DNA of 64,000 bases from IMG/VR virus record IMGVR_UViG_3300002220_003854, positions 23,967 to 87,966 of that record; one strand, written 5' to 3'. The stretch is from a virus. Taxonomy: Duplodnaviria; Caudoviricetes. Positions 46,699-56,523 of this stretch are shown piece by piece; position 1 is the stretch's first letter; every line of letters starts with the position of its first letter. Below the pieces are notes generated by a model. The model searched no databases and had not been told where the DNA came from. It saw only the letters and a list, made by a program, of their open reading frames with translations. The translations under genes were made by a program, and so were the position numbers.

Positions 46699-47085
46699 TT
46701 AGTATGATAATTTGATATAGTTGACTGTGCCAGCAGAGAAATTTTCGATTTTTGCTCTCATATACACAAAGTTACCTTCTACATTTGTATAGGTAGATAT
46801 ATCCGACGCTATTTTGGGTGCAGAATTCGCAGAAGCGGCTGCATTGGCTGCTAGTGTGTATACTTTAAACCAATCACTAGATGTAGGGTTAGTTGCTAGT
46901 GTGGCTTCTAGCACTATGTTCCCGGTTACGCCGGTTAATTTGATAGCGGATGTTTGTAGGTCTTTGTTGCCCAAATAATAGGCTGCGGCTGGATTTGTAT
47001 TTCCAGTCACTGTGTATGGTGCACCATTTCCTGGGTTCTGGTAAGAAGTCTCAGGTAAGAGTATTAGTGTAGTAGCTTGAGGCAT
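46699..47085 (-). CDS. probable virion structural protein
   Basis: 128 aa, beta-rich, T/N/A/G-rich. Confidence 0.55.
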   Translation of the reverse strand: MPQATTLILLPETSYQNPGNGAPYTVTGNTNPAAAYYLGNKDLQTSAIKLTGVTGNIVLEATLATNPTSSDWFKVYTLAANAAASANSAPKIASDISTYTNVEGNFVYMRAKIENFSAGTVNYIKLSY

Positions 47086-47252
47086 TATGCTTTCACTACT
47101 TCCACAATAACATTCTCACCTACCAGTTCTTGAACTAGCTGTTCTATTGAACTATGAACTTCGGGCGAAATTATGGTATAAATTTCTGCTTCCGTGTCTT
47201 TAACCAGTTTACTTAATTTTATTACTACTACATCTTCACATATTTTAGCCAT
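47085..47252 (-). CDS. small ORF, 55 aa (not in the ORF track)
   Basis: MAKICEDVVVIKLSKLVKD...VEVVKA; GGAG SD; TAATG overlap; ATAAATA upstream. Confidence 0.7.
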   Translation of the reverse strand: MAKICEDVVVIKLSKLVKDTEAEIYTIISPEVHSSIEQLVQELVGENVIVEVVKA

Positions 47253-47295
47253 GATAAATACTCCACGTTAAGTATTTATCATTTTTTTAAATTAC

Positions 47296-48021
47296 TTAAG
47301 TATGTTTTTCTAACTTGAATTTTTTGCCCATCAAATTAGGATAACATAAAGCTAGATAACTCGACATGCTTGCATCGTCGTAGTCTATAAAGTAGGAAGA
47401 ATTGCACCAATGTCTCTTCCAGTAACTTCTATTAGCACTAGTTAAATTGACCCAGTCAATAAGAGACCGAGATGGCTTCAATGCCTTATTTCTAGCTAGA
47501 AAATCCCTAAACTCGTCGGTGAATCCAGTCGCAACTTTTGTAACTTTTAGATAAACTCGAAACTTGCTTTTAGGTTCTCTGGCGAAGAATTTCACATTTG
47601 AAGATTGACCTACTTGAGCTTCAGTAAAGTCGATCATCATATTATTTTGCCAGTGCTTGATGTCATCCAAGAATGATATATTATTTGAAAAAAATGCAAC
47701 AGTGCCGCCCTCACGCCTAATCGAAAACTCATTAGGAGTTCCCCGCAAAGTCTTACATTTATCTTTCAAAGAGATGAAATTTTTTATCAGACCCGAGTGA
47801 TCTGTTAAATGCTGCACCATCGATGGGTTACCATCGAAACGCATTGTTATATAGGTTTCCCATTCTTCTACTGTAGAAGAAGAACCAATATACTTGAATC
47901 CGATGAATCGAACTCTAGCGCGGTATCTGTATTTTCCCCAATACAATGAGCTTCTGCGTTCACAAAAGTCTATTGTATTGGCTGGAGAAATTACATTAGT
48001 TAAGTTCAATGATGCCGTCAT
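47296..48021 (-). CDS. hypothetical protein
   Basis: 241 aa with two similar YR/FRxxxK halves. Confidence 0.65.
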   Translation of the reverse strand: MTASLNLTNVISPANTIDFCERRSSLYWGKYRYRARVRFIGFKYIGSSSTVEEWETYITMRFDGNPSMVQHLTDHSGLIKNFISLKDKCKTLRGTPNEFSIRREGGTVAFFSNNISFLDDIKHWQNNMMIDFTEAQVGQSSNVKFFAREPKSKFRVYLKVTKVATGFTDEFRDFLARNKALKPSRSLIDWVNLTSANRSYWKRHWCNSSYFIDYDDASMSSYLALCYPNLMGKKFKLEKHT

Positions 48022-50263
48022 CGTTTACTTTACCAGTTATTTTTGCACCCACGTTAAAGGCAATTTGATTGTCATCATCTAATGTGACGTTGATGCTCAC
48101 ATTTTTGATTCTCTCAAACAAAATTTTCTTTGACAATGGAACCCTAATAAGTTCATCGATTTTTCTAGACAAAGGTCTTGCCCCCATTTTCTTGTCATAT
48201 CCAACCTCTACTAGATGTTGCACAACTTCTTCAGACAAGTTCAGGCTGATATTGTATTTGGTTTCTAACTGAACTTTTAATTCTTCTGAAAACTTAACAA
48301 TGATCTTCTTAATTGCCAAGTTATCAAGTTTCTTAAATTTAGAAACCAAATCTAATCGATTTCTGAATTCCGGCTTAAAGAATTCTTTCATTGATTTATC
48401 ATCTTCACCAATTTTTTCCGTACTACCGAAACCGATATTGTTTCGTTCACTGTCTGCGCTACCTAAATTACTAGTCAATATAATAATAGTATTCTTTGCG
48501 TTTACTTTTTTACCATTACTACCAGTAAGCGATCCTTCATCTAATAATTGAAGGAAAATGTTAAAGATGTCAGGATGAGCTTTTTCTACTTCATCAAATA
48601 ACATTATGCTGTGTGGATTTTTAGATAAGTCGCTGATCAATCGTCCACCCTGAACTTGATTGTCACCGAAACCTACGTACCCCGGTGGTGGACCAATCAA
48701 GCTACTCACACTATGTTTCTCACTGTACTCTGACATGTCATACTTCAGCAATGGCATGTCCAAATGTTTACTTAGTAGTTTTGCGGTTTCTGTCTTACCT
48801 GTACCAGTGGGCCCTAAGAATAAGAAGCTAGCCATTGGCTTAGTTTCTGAATTAATTCCAGCAAAAGATACGTAGACACGTTCTAGAATTTGATTGATAG
48901 TGTCATCTTGTCCATATAGTTTACTCTTAATGTTTAATTCTAGATTAGTAATTCTGCTAAAATTATCGCCGTTAAGTTTATCTGCAGGTACCCCAGTGTA
49001 TTTCTCTACTTGCTCGTAGACTAGGTCTTTAGTGATAGATACATCTTTGTTCATTAATACTCGTTGCTTTGCACATGCAGCATCTAACAGATCAATCGAC
49101 TTGTCTGGGTTCTTTCTATCGTGGATATAACGTGTAGCTGAATCCACCGCTGCAGTAATTGCGTCGTCGGTTATAGTAACGGAGTGAAATTCTTCTAATC
49201 GACTTGCCAGCCCCTTCAATATTTTAATAGTAGAGTCATGAGACGGTTCATCAATCCCTATCTTGTAGAATCGTCGCATTAATGCTCGGTCTTTTTCGAA
49301 GCTTTCATAAAATTCTTCCCAAGTGGTACTTGCAATCACTTTCAACGTTCCTTTTGTAATTGCAGGTTTGATCATGTTCGCAAAATCAACTGAGCCAGTC
49401 GTACTACTGCCTGAGTTCTGCATAGTGTGTGCTTCATCAATGAACAGAATAGCTTTCTTTTTAGTGTTCAATGCTTCTATAACATTTTTTACTTTTTCTT
49501 CGAAATCACCGCGATATTTACTACCTGCCAACAAGCTACTTACTTCCAATGAGTATAATTCATGATCTTGCAAGAATTCAGGTACCTTAGTTTCATATAT
49601 CGCCTGTGCAAGACCTTCTGCGATTGCTGTTTTGCCCACCCCCGGATCGCCGACCATCAAAACATTCGACTTAAACTTTTTAGCTAAAACGTTGATAATT
49701 GATTCTAGTTCGCTAGATCGCCCAATCATCGGCTCTAGTCGACCTTCGCTAGCTTGTTGAGTTAAGTTCACTGTATACTCACTTAGGATTTCATCTGCCT
49801 GAGATTCGGTCAGACTAGTAGAACGCTCAGAGTTCTTATATGTCTGCTGCCAATGGTGAACGAATTCCGTTTTACTAATACCATACTTCAATAGAAAATA
49901 ATGAGCGTGACTATTACCCTCAGTAGCAATGCTCAAATAAAGATCAATCGTAGTTACTTTGCTACGACCAGTGAAAAGTACTTGGGTAATGCTACGATTC
50001 ATTACTCGTTCTAGAGAATTAGTTTTTCTGGGTATTACATTTTCGTCTTCAGATTCAATTGCATGAAGTCCGTTTAGATACGCATGTATTTCTTGTGTCA
50101 TAAGTTCTACATCTGCACCAAAAGAACTCAATGACTTTTTAAAAGGCTGGTGATTGACCAAAGCTAATAGTAAATGTTCAATAGTAACATATTGGTGCTT
50201 TTTCTCTTTGGCATAGATTGCTGCCTGCTCGATAATGTTTTCAATGTCTGGTGAATTTATCAT
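47996..50263 (-). CDS. clpA: ClpA-like AAA+ chaperone/unfoldase
   Basis: Clp N-domain, GDPGVGKT, FIDEAH, GPTGTGKT, FDEVEKAHP, GARPL. Confidence 0.95.
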   Translation of the reverse strand: MINSPDIENIIEQAAIYAKEKKHQYVTIEHLLLALVNHQPFKKSLSSFGADVELMTQEIHAYLNGLHAIESEDENVIPRKTNSLERVMNRSITQVLFTGRSKVTTIDLYLSIATEGNSHAHYFLLKYGISKTEFVHHWQQTYKNSERSTSLTESQADEILSEYTVNLTQQASEGRLEPMIGRSSELESIINVLAKKFKSNVLMVGDPGVGKTAIAEGLAQAIYETKVPEFLQDHELYSLEVSSLLAGSKYRGDFEEKVKNVIEALNTKKKAILFIDEAHTMQNSGSSTTGSVDFANMIKPAITKGTLKVIASTTWEEFYESFEKDRALMRRFYKIGIDEPSHDSTIKILKGLASRLEEFHSVTITDDAITAAVDSATRYIHDRKNPDKSIDLLDAACAKQRVLMNKDVSITKDLVYEQVEKYTGVPADKLNGDNFSRITNLELNIKSKLYGQDDTINQILERVYVSFAGINSETKPMASFLFLGPTGTGKTETAKLLSKHLDMPLLKYDMSEYSEKHSVSSLIGPPPGYVGFGDNQVQGGRLISDLSKNPHSIMLFDEVEKAHPDIFNIFLQLLDEGSLTGSNGKKVNAKNTIIILTSNLGSADSERNNIGFGSTEKIGEDDKSMKEFFKPEFRNRLDLVSKFKKLDNLAIKKIIVKFSEELKVQLETKYNISLNLSEEVVQHLVEVGYDKKMGARPLSRKIDELIRVPLSKKILFERIKNVSINVTLDDDNQIAFNVGAKITGKVNDDGIIELN

Positions 50264-51045
50264 ACTTTGCCTTTTGATTTTAAAATGATTTTGATGATTT
50301 CGTCATCTATATTATCAGGAATATAGGGCTTAATCAATATTATTTGGTTCCCGTATGCATTATTAGTATTGGGTATAGGCATCCCGTGCCCTGCAATTTT
50401 TAATTGCATATGAGGTTGTGTTTTGGGTGGAATAGAAATTTCAATTGATTTACCTGATATCGTCAGAAAATCAAATGTGCAACCTACTATCAAGTCTAAA
50501 ACAGATATAGACTGAGTGTAATACAAATCATTGTTTCTACGTTCAAATTTTAAACTTGGATGTATTCTAAACTCTACTATTAGTGTAGCATTGTCTAGAA
50601 TTTTATCAAATCGAAGTTGATTCCCGTGATCTACACCTTTTGGTACGTCAATGTTAATTACTTTTACACCATGTGGCGTAGTCATCTTTAACACTTTGCT
50701 AACCCCGGTGTACGCTTCATCTAATGAGAGGTCCACAGTTGTTCTAAACAGTTGTGATCCTGATGCCCTTTGACTAAACATTTGACCAAATATCTCATTT
50801 ATGTCAAAGCCTTGCTGATGAAAATTAAATCCACCTGGAAATCCGTTGAACTGGGGCTGAGGATTATCGTGTTGCTGTCTTTTTTCTGGGTCTATTAAGT
50901 GCTCATATGCAGTCTGTATAGTTTGAAATGTAGCAGTGTCACCGCCCTTATCGGGATGGTTCAAACTAGCTAGTTTTCTATAAGCTTTCTTTATTTCTTC
51001 AGGGGTTGCGTTTTTACTAACGCCCAATGTCTCGTAATAATTCAT
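50260..51045 (-). CDS. dnaJ: DnaJ-class chaperone without zinc finger
   Basis: NYYETLGV, HPDKGG, G/F-rich linker, C-terminal domain. Confidence 0.9.
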   Translation of the reverse strand: MNYYETLGVSKNATPEEIKKAYRKLASLNHPDKGGDTATFQTIQTAYEHLIDPEKRQQHDNPQPQFNGFPGGFNFHQQGFDINEIFGQMFSQRASGSQLFRTTVDLSLDEAYTGVSKVLKMTTPHGVKVINIDVPKGVDHGNQLRFDKILDNATLIVEFRIHPSLKFERRNNDLYYTQSISVLDLIVGCTFDFLTISGKSIEISIPPKTQPHMQLKIAGHGMPIPNTNNAYGNQIILIKPYIPDNIDDEIIKIILKSKGKV

Positions 51046-51082
51046 GTTGATCGCAAACCTTAGCTGCTGTAATCAATATTTA

Positions 51083-51553
51083 TTACGTTTTTCCCTCTAG
51101 CTTTTCTTTCGTTCTACCATATGCTGCGATACCCAATACTGCTCCCATAGCAACATGGTATAAACCAGCACCCTGTAATGTTAATGGTTGCCATTGTTGT
51201 GTTACATTACCTTGATCCATTGCTTGCAATATAGACCATAATATGGGAAATAAGATAAAGTCAACTGTGCAAGTTATCATATAAATAAATGCCATTAATG
51301 GGCGCCATTTTTTATTTATCCAGTCTGAATTATCATTGAGTACCAAAACTTCTGCATTCTGTGCTGCATTGTCACCAGCTTTGTTTAACTGAGTGGTATC
51401 AGTGTAACTACGAGCTACTTCAATAAATCTATCAGGATTAATAAAAGGAGATTGGTTCATGGCATAATCATTCTCTAGCTCTTTTTGCACATCATCATTA
51501 ATAGCAACTGGTTGTTCTATTGTTGATTTTTTTGGCAATATAGTAGTTGGCAT
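51083..51553 (-). CDS. 3TM holin-like membrane protein
   Basis: WRPLMAFIY...LGIAAYGRTKEK. Confidence 0.65.
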   Translation of the reverse strand: MPTTILPKKSTIEQPVAINDDVQKELENDYAMNQSPFINPDRFIEVARSYTDTTQLNKAGDNAAQNAEVLVLNDNSDWINKKWRPLMAFIYMITCTVDFILFPILWSILQAMDQGNVTQQWQPLTLQGAGLYHVAMGAVLGIAAYGRTKEKLEGKT

Positions 51554-51556
51554 GAG

Positions 51557-52105
51557 TCACAATCCTGCCATTGCTTTTATATTCTTAATGTAGGCATCTT
51601 CAGAATGAATATCTTTGTGACTCAATCCTGCGATTTTTCTTACTTCATTTAATTCTTCTTCGTTTTCTTGATCTGTTTTATACAAGTTGGGATTTAGAAT
51701 AATGACCTGTTTTAATATTTGTTCGTCAGCGTCGTATTCTTCGTCGTCCACCCTAACTGTCCATTGAGTTAATTTTATATTAGTTAGTGTTTTTAAATCT
51801 TTTAATAGGTCTATTATTCTCGCAGTAGCAGATGATCGGCGACTAAGTTCAACGAATACCAAGAACTTACCTACTTCTACTTCGCCCTCACTCAAACTTG
51901 AGTCTAATACCCAATCATACCCTCTTTCAAACCAGTCTACTAAATCTTGACCAGCCTTTTCAGCTTTCACTTCAAACGCTAATGTAATGATATCTTTATC
52001 TTTACCCATTTTAGCTACGTACTCATCTACTGACAATACGGGTTCTACTAGATTTTCCATGTCATGGAAATCTAATCCTTCATTGATAACTTGTTTCTTA
52101 TTCAT
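51557..52105 (-). CDS. hypothetical protein
   Basis: 182 aa acidic ORF. Confidence 0.75.
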   Translation of the reverse strand: MNKKQVINEGLDFHDMENLVEPVLSVDEYVAKMGKDKDIITLAFEVKAEKAGQDLVDWFERGYDWVLDSSLSEGEVEVGKFLVFVELSRRSSATARIIDLLKDLKTLTNIKLTQWTVRVDDEEYDADEQILKQVIILNPNLYKTDQENEEELNEVRKIAGLSHKDIHSEDAYIKNIKAMAGL

Positions 52106-52110
52106 ATTAA

Positions 52111-52725
52111 TTACATTGGTTGCATTCCGGGTGCTGCCCCGGCAGGCGCCATATTAAAATCAGGCATTTGAGCAGGACCCCCTGCTTCAGTATTTTCTTG
52201 TTGCGTATTTTCTTTGTCTAGATCATTAGCATATGCATTTTCTATTTCTTCTAAATCAATTGTTTGATCGGCAAGTTCAATTGATCCTTCTTTGATATCA
52301 TTCATTAAGTCTTTAGGCATTTCGATTTTGACAAACCAAACAACTTGCTCTATCATCTTTGGGTATCTGGTGCCTTGAACGTAATCGTCATAATTTTTAA
52401 CTTCGACTGGAACTTTTATTTTTGACTTAACGAACTGAATATCACAACCGATTGCGAGTAACCGTTTAATTCCACTAGGGTCGGGCATCAACTTATGTGG
52501 CCACATGAAGGTACAAGAAACTATATATCTTTTAGAATCCGGACCTTGAACTAATTCACCCAGTTCCCAATTTTTATATGCATATAGGTCTGCTTCATCA
52601 AGCACGCGCTCAAAGTCTAGCAAGGTAGACATAGTTCCATCACTTGTGTATATACCCTTTATCGTACTTACGATACTAAGGAAGTCTATGTCGTCAAAAA
52701 AGTTGTCAGCGGATTTTTTAATCAT
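52111..52725 (-). CDS. hypothetical protein
   Basis: 204 aa; ATAAATA directly upstream. Confidence 0.75.
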   Translation of the reverse strand: MIKKSADNFFDDIDFLSIVSTIKGIYTSDGTMSTLLDFERVLDEADLYAYKNWELGELVQGPDSKRYIVSCTFMWPHKLMPDPSGIKRLLAIGCDIQFVKSKIKVPVEVKNYDDYVQGTRYPKMIEQVVWFVKIEMPKDLMNDIKEGSIELADQTIDLEEIENAYANDLDKENTQQENTEAGGPAQMPDFNMAPAGAAPGMQPM

Positions 52726-52921
52726 TTACTATTTATCAAAAGCAATTATTATTGAACCATTACTTTCTATTAAATTTCGAACGAACTGTCTACTCAAAAA
52801 TTTACAGCACAGCCTAATATTTATCAAAAATGTTTACATTATGATTATGTGTATATTGGTTACGCGAGGCATTTAAATAACATATGAGTTCAGTGAATTC
52901 ATAGTTCAAAAGGAGACCAAT

Positions 52922-53707
52922 TTGTCCAAGAGAAAAACAAGCGCGGTACGAAACAGAGAAGATAATCGCTTCACACCATTGAAAAATACACAAGATATAA
53001 AAACATTTTACATGCATGAGTCAAAAACAATAGATTTTAATCAGGTACAACCAAAGCCTAAACAAAGAAAACCTATTGACCTCATTCCAAAGTCTGTTAA
53101 TCAGGAGAAATATATCTTGTCACTAATGGATGATGAAGTAGATATCGTAGTTGTTTCGGGCCCAGCTGGAACTGGTAAGACTTATTTAGCAATGATTGCT
53201 GCCATCAAAGCATTACGCGAAAGAAAAGTTGATCGTATTGTTTTATCTAGACCGATGGTCGGCGCTGATGACGAAAAGATCGGGTTTTTACCCGGAGACG
53301 TAAATCAAAAAATGGAACCATGGGTTTTGCCCATGATTGACGTACTTAGGGAGTATTATTCTGTCAAAGAAATCGCACAAATGCTAGATGAGCAAGTTAT
53401 TGAAATTGCGCCGTTGGCATTTATAAGAGGTAGGACATTCAAGCACAGTTGGATTATAGTAGACGAATGCCAGAATGTTACACCCAACGTAATGAAAGCT
53501 ATACTGACACGTATTGGTGTTGGTAGTAAAATAGTAATCACCGGCGATACTGAGCAAGCCGATCGCAAAACACCGCAAAACGGATTGCTGGATTTGACCG
53601 AACGACTACACCAAACCCAAGTTCCGGGTATGGTGACTTGTAAATTTGATTTACGTGATGTACAGAGACACAGGATAATTGAACACGTATTAAGGATGTA
53701 TTCATAA
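52922..53707 (+). CDS. phoH: PhoH-like ATPase
   Basis: GPAGTGKT, IGFLPG, FIRGRTF, DECQN, LTRIG, GDTEQ. Confidence 0.93.
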   Translation: MSKRKTSAVRNREDNRFTPLKNTQDIKTFYMHESKTIDFNQVQPKPKQRKPIDLIPKSVNQEKYILSLMDDEVDIVVVSGPAGTGKTYLAMIAAIKALRERKVDRIVLSRPMVGADDEKIGFLPGDVNQKMEPWVLPMIDVLREYYSVKEIAQMLDEQVIEIAPLAFIRGRTFKHSWIIVDECQNVTPNVMKAILTRIGVGSKIVITGDTEQADRKTPQNGLLDLTERLHQTQVPGMVTCKFDLRDVQRHRIIEHVLRMYS

Positions 53708-53708
53708 C

Positions 53709-53734
53709 AAAAACGGGGCATATGCCCCGTTTTT
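53709..53734. terminator. bidirectional terminator
   Basis: Palindrome aaaaacggggcatatgccccgttttt. Confidence 0.9.
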
Positions 53735-54000
53735 CACTTAGACTTAGCTGTAATAACTGCTTCCTTTTCTAGCTGATCTACTAGATTAGGATAAATCTTT
53801 TTATAGTAACTATGCATTTTTTGCCAATCAGTGTCAACTGGCTTGCCTTCAATAATGCATTTTTCTATTTTTTGATTAGCGTAATCTAAGATTACATTGC
53901 AAGTTTGTAGATCAGATGTTTTTAACCTTTTGGAAACAGAAACTTGCTCATCTATTTGCCCCCCCGGTTTTCTAAAAAATTGAATTAATAAATAACGAAT
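53734..54000 (-). CDS. 88-aa protein with apparent ATT start (not in the ORF track)
   Basis: AAGGAG 7 nt before ATT; (M)RYLLIQFFRKPGGQIDEQVSVSKRLK... Confidence 0.65.
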   Translation of the reverse strand: MRYLLIQFFRKPGGQIDEQVSVSKRLKTSDLQTCNVILDYANQKIEKCIIEGKPVDTDWQKMHSYYKKIYPNLVDQLEKEAVITAKSK

Positions 54001-54015
54001 AATATATCTCCTTAA

Positions 54016-54942
54016 TTATAACGTCGTCAATTCGCACATCGTAGCTGCGATTGAGATTTCTGGAATACCCACTAGTGGCAGACTAGCTAACCCATTTCTA
54101 ATAGTTATAATTGCTGCATCTTTCTTTTCTTGAGTAGTACCCCACAAATCTAAGTTATCATATGCCCAGCGATACACATCGTCAATTCGGGTAGGATACA
54201 AACTGATGAATTGTAGAATTTGCTTTCTACCTTCGATTATTTTGCCATTTTTGAATAACTGAACTGTTTCAGTCAGCATCGCATGTTCATCTGATGTACT
54301 CGATTGAGGAGGTAATAGTTTACCCCCAGAGCTATTTACCTGCAACTGGTTTAGGCATTTTCTAAGATCAGGGTAAGTTCCACGAATATAACTGTCGAGT
54401 GTATCTAGCTCGAATTCGATATTCTCATGGACTAATACTGTCGCAGCCCGCGCAGTGAATTCTGTCATATCTGTCTTAGTGATATGAAATTCATGACATC
54501 GTGATTTTAACGCTGGAATAATCTTATACTGATAATTGCATGTAAGAATATACCTAACAGTCATATGATATGCTTCCATATCATTACGCAATGCAGCTTG
54601 GGCCGGTTGGGTCAAAAAATCTGCTTCATCAAGTAGAACTATTTTGAATTTACCAAATGGCATCGTTTGAACAAAGCTGTTAATCTTGTCTCGCAAGTTA
54701 TCGATGCCATTTTCTCGACTCGCGTTGATTTCTAGCGTGTCGTATTCTTCAATGCCAAGCTCATGTATCAACACTTTAGCTAGTGTGGTTTTTCCCGTAC
54801 CAGGATCACCCGAAAGTAAAAGATGAGGAATTGATTCATCTTTGATCCATTGTTGAACTAGTTTTCGTTGTCTATCATCAACGAAAACATATTCGTCTAC
54901 TGTTTTAGGTCTAAATTTTTCAACCCACAAATTGTGTTTCAT
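54016..54942 (-). CDS. clamp loader ATPase subunit (RFC small/gp44-like)
   Basis: WVEKFRPKT, GDPGTGKTT, INASRENG, LDEADFLT, SRC. Confidence 0.93.
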   Translation of the reverse strand: MKHNLWVEKFRPKTVDEYVFVDDRQRKLVQQWIKDESIPHLLLSGDPGTGKTTLAKVLIHELGIEEYDTLEINASRENGIDNLRDKINSFVQTMPFGKFKIVLLDEADFLTQPAQAALRNDMEAYHMTVRYILTCNYQYKIIPALKSRCHEFHITKTDMTEFTARAATVLVHENIEFELDTLDSYIRGTYPDLRKCLNQLQVNSSGGKLLPPQSSTSDEHAMLTETVQLFKNGKIIEGRKQILQFISLYPTRIDDVYRWAYDNLDLWGTTQEKKDAAIITIRNGLASLPLVGIPEISIAATMCELTTL

Positions 54943-55232
54943 GATGCTAGTGTAGTGTAAGTAATGAGATGGCTGATCGCTTGACCCAAATCTTGATCTT
55001 TGGTAACAATATGTAGCTGCGGGGTATTTCTAATACTGTCATATGTCCTGACTTCTACTATAGTACCACCGTGCGCTGGATATACCACAAACGTAATTCC
55101 AGGACCATCGGGCGTTCGGACTGGAGACATGCTTGACATGCTTTCTTTTCCCGGGCGGAGGTAGTCTTTTTCGTCACCTGGAGCTAACGCGGCGCGGCAG
55201 CGCCTGACAAACCAATCATTTAACCATTTCAT
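54939..55232 (-). CDS. hypothetical protein
   Basis: 97 aa in operon. Confidence 0.65.
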   Translation of the reverse strand: MKWLNDWFVRRCRAALAPGDEKDYLRPGKESMSSMSPVRTPDGPGITFVVYPAHGGTIVEVRTYDSIRNTPQLHIVTKDQDLGQAISHLITYTTLAS

Positions 55233-55233
55233 T

Positions 55234-55599
55234 TTATATAACCTTATCGCTCATTGTGGTGTCATTTACAGGTTCATCACTGACCAAAAGTACATCATTA
55301 TTATCTACTTTACGTATTGTATGGTTGCCTGTGTCATCCGCTATTTTAACACCTCTAGTCCATCTACCATGACTAATTAGGATATATTGACCAACTTTTA
55401 CGTCCTTTTGTTCAGGACCAACCGCATATACTTTAGCCCAACGGGGTCTGATACCTGAACTCTTGGTATCATCATTCAACAACACTATTCCACCTGAACT
55501 CAACCGTTCATCGAAATTCATATCACTGACTATGATAGAATCATTAAGAGGATGCAGTTTTTTAACTACATGCGGTTGATATGCTAGCTTCTTTTCCAT
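55234..55599 (-). CDS. groES: GroES-like co-chaperonin
   Basis: LHPLNDSIIV, SSGGIVL, VYAVGP, VKVGQYI. Confidence 0.85.
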   Translation of the reverse strand: MEKKLAYQPHVVKKLHPLNDSIIVSDMNFDERLSSGGIVLLNDDTKSSGIRPRWAKVYAVGPEQKDVKVGQYILISHGRWTRGVKIADDTGNHTIRKVDNNDVLLVSDEPVNDTTMSDKVI

Positions 55600-55961
55600 T
55601 AATACTTTCCCATCTCAGATGCTTTGATCTGTTCTATTTCTAGTTCATCATTCAATGATTGTTCTAATTCTTTTTCTATGTCTGTCAATTCTTCCATGAC
55701 CTCGTTTTTAACAGGTGCATGGTTAGCGACTGGTTTAGCTTGACGCTGGTTTTTAACGTGCTGCGCTGACCTATTTCCTATAGTCTGTGTATATGCCTTA
55801 TTGACTTTACTTGTGGCAGGAACTATAACCTTACCATTAGCATCAATTGTGTCGCCTCTAGAGTTAACGTTCATGTTACCCACTGCTCTCACTTTTTCAT
55901 TTTTGGCCGCTAGTGCTGACATGTCAACTGGCTTTCCTAATGCGGTTCTGTACATACCCAT
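55599..55961 (-). CDS. hypothetical protein
   Basis: 120 aa with GGAG SD. Confidence 0.75.
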   Translation of the reverse strand: MGMYRTALGKPVDMSALAAKNEKVRAVGNMNVNSRGDTIDANGKVIVPATSKVNKAYTQTIGNRSAQHVKNQRQAKPVANHAPVKNEVMEELTDIEKELEQSLNDELEIEQIKASEMGKY

Positions 55962-55971
55962 AATTTTCTCC

Positions 55972-56478
55972 TTATTTTAAAAATTCTTCAATTGGTAAAT
56001 CGAAATACAAACTATCTATCTTATGAATCCCTATCAAATACAATACATAGCTAGCAACCGAGCTTCCACGACCTACGCCCCATACAATATTGTGTTTGCG
56101 CATAGTATCTACTAAGTATTTTAAATACCTAAGTAAATCAAACATATCGCGGTCTTGATACAAGATCAATTCTGCACCAGCACGCTGCAATTCAGCTTCC
56201 GTCTTGCATTGGTCTAACACATATTTGGCTATATCGAGAGATTTATATTCCTGTGGCATCAACCACTCTGCCCTAGTTTCTATGTCGAATTGTTCTAACG
56301 ACTGGGTAGATTGTTGATATTCTACTAAGTTTGGTGTAGCCCCGTTAAACAATTCTTCCGGTATTTCAATTTTTTGGTTAGTAAAAATATACTTAAAGTC
56401 TATACCCGGATTCTTCATTAGAAGTTCACAAAGATCGTCTTCAGTGTATATTAGTTGTCCATACATATCTATTTTCAT
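55972..56478 (-). CDS. stand-alone fragment resembling DNA polymerase III alpha subunit
   Basis: YLKYLVDTMRKHNIVWGVGRGSSVASYVLYLIGIHKID. Confidence 0.8.
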   Translation of the reverse strand: MKIDMYGQLIYTEDDLCELLMKNPGIDFKYIFTNQKIEIPEELFNGATPNLVEYQQSTQSLEQFDIETRAEWLMPQEYKSLDIAKYVLDQCKTEAELQRAGAELILYQDRDMFDLLRYLKYLVDTMRKHNIVWGVGRGSSVASYVLYLIGIHKIDSLYFDLPIEEFLK

Positions 56479-56523
56479 AACTGCTATGATAGCAACTATT
56501 GAGGTAATTGCAAGACATTCGGT

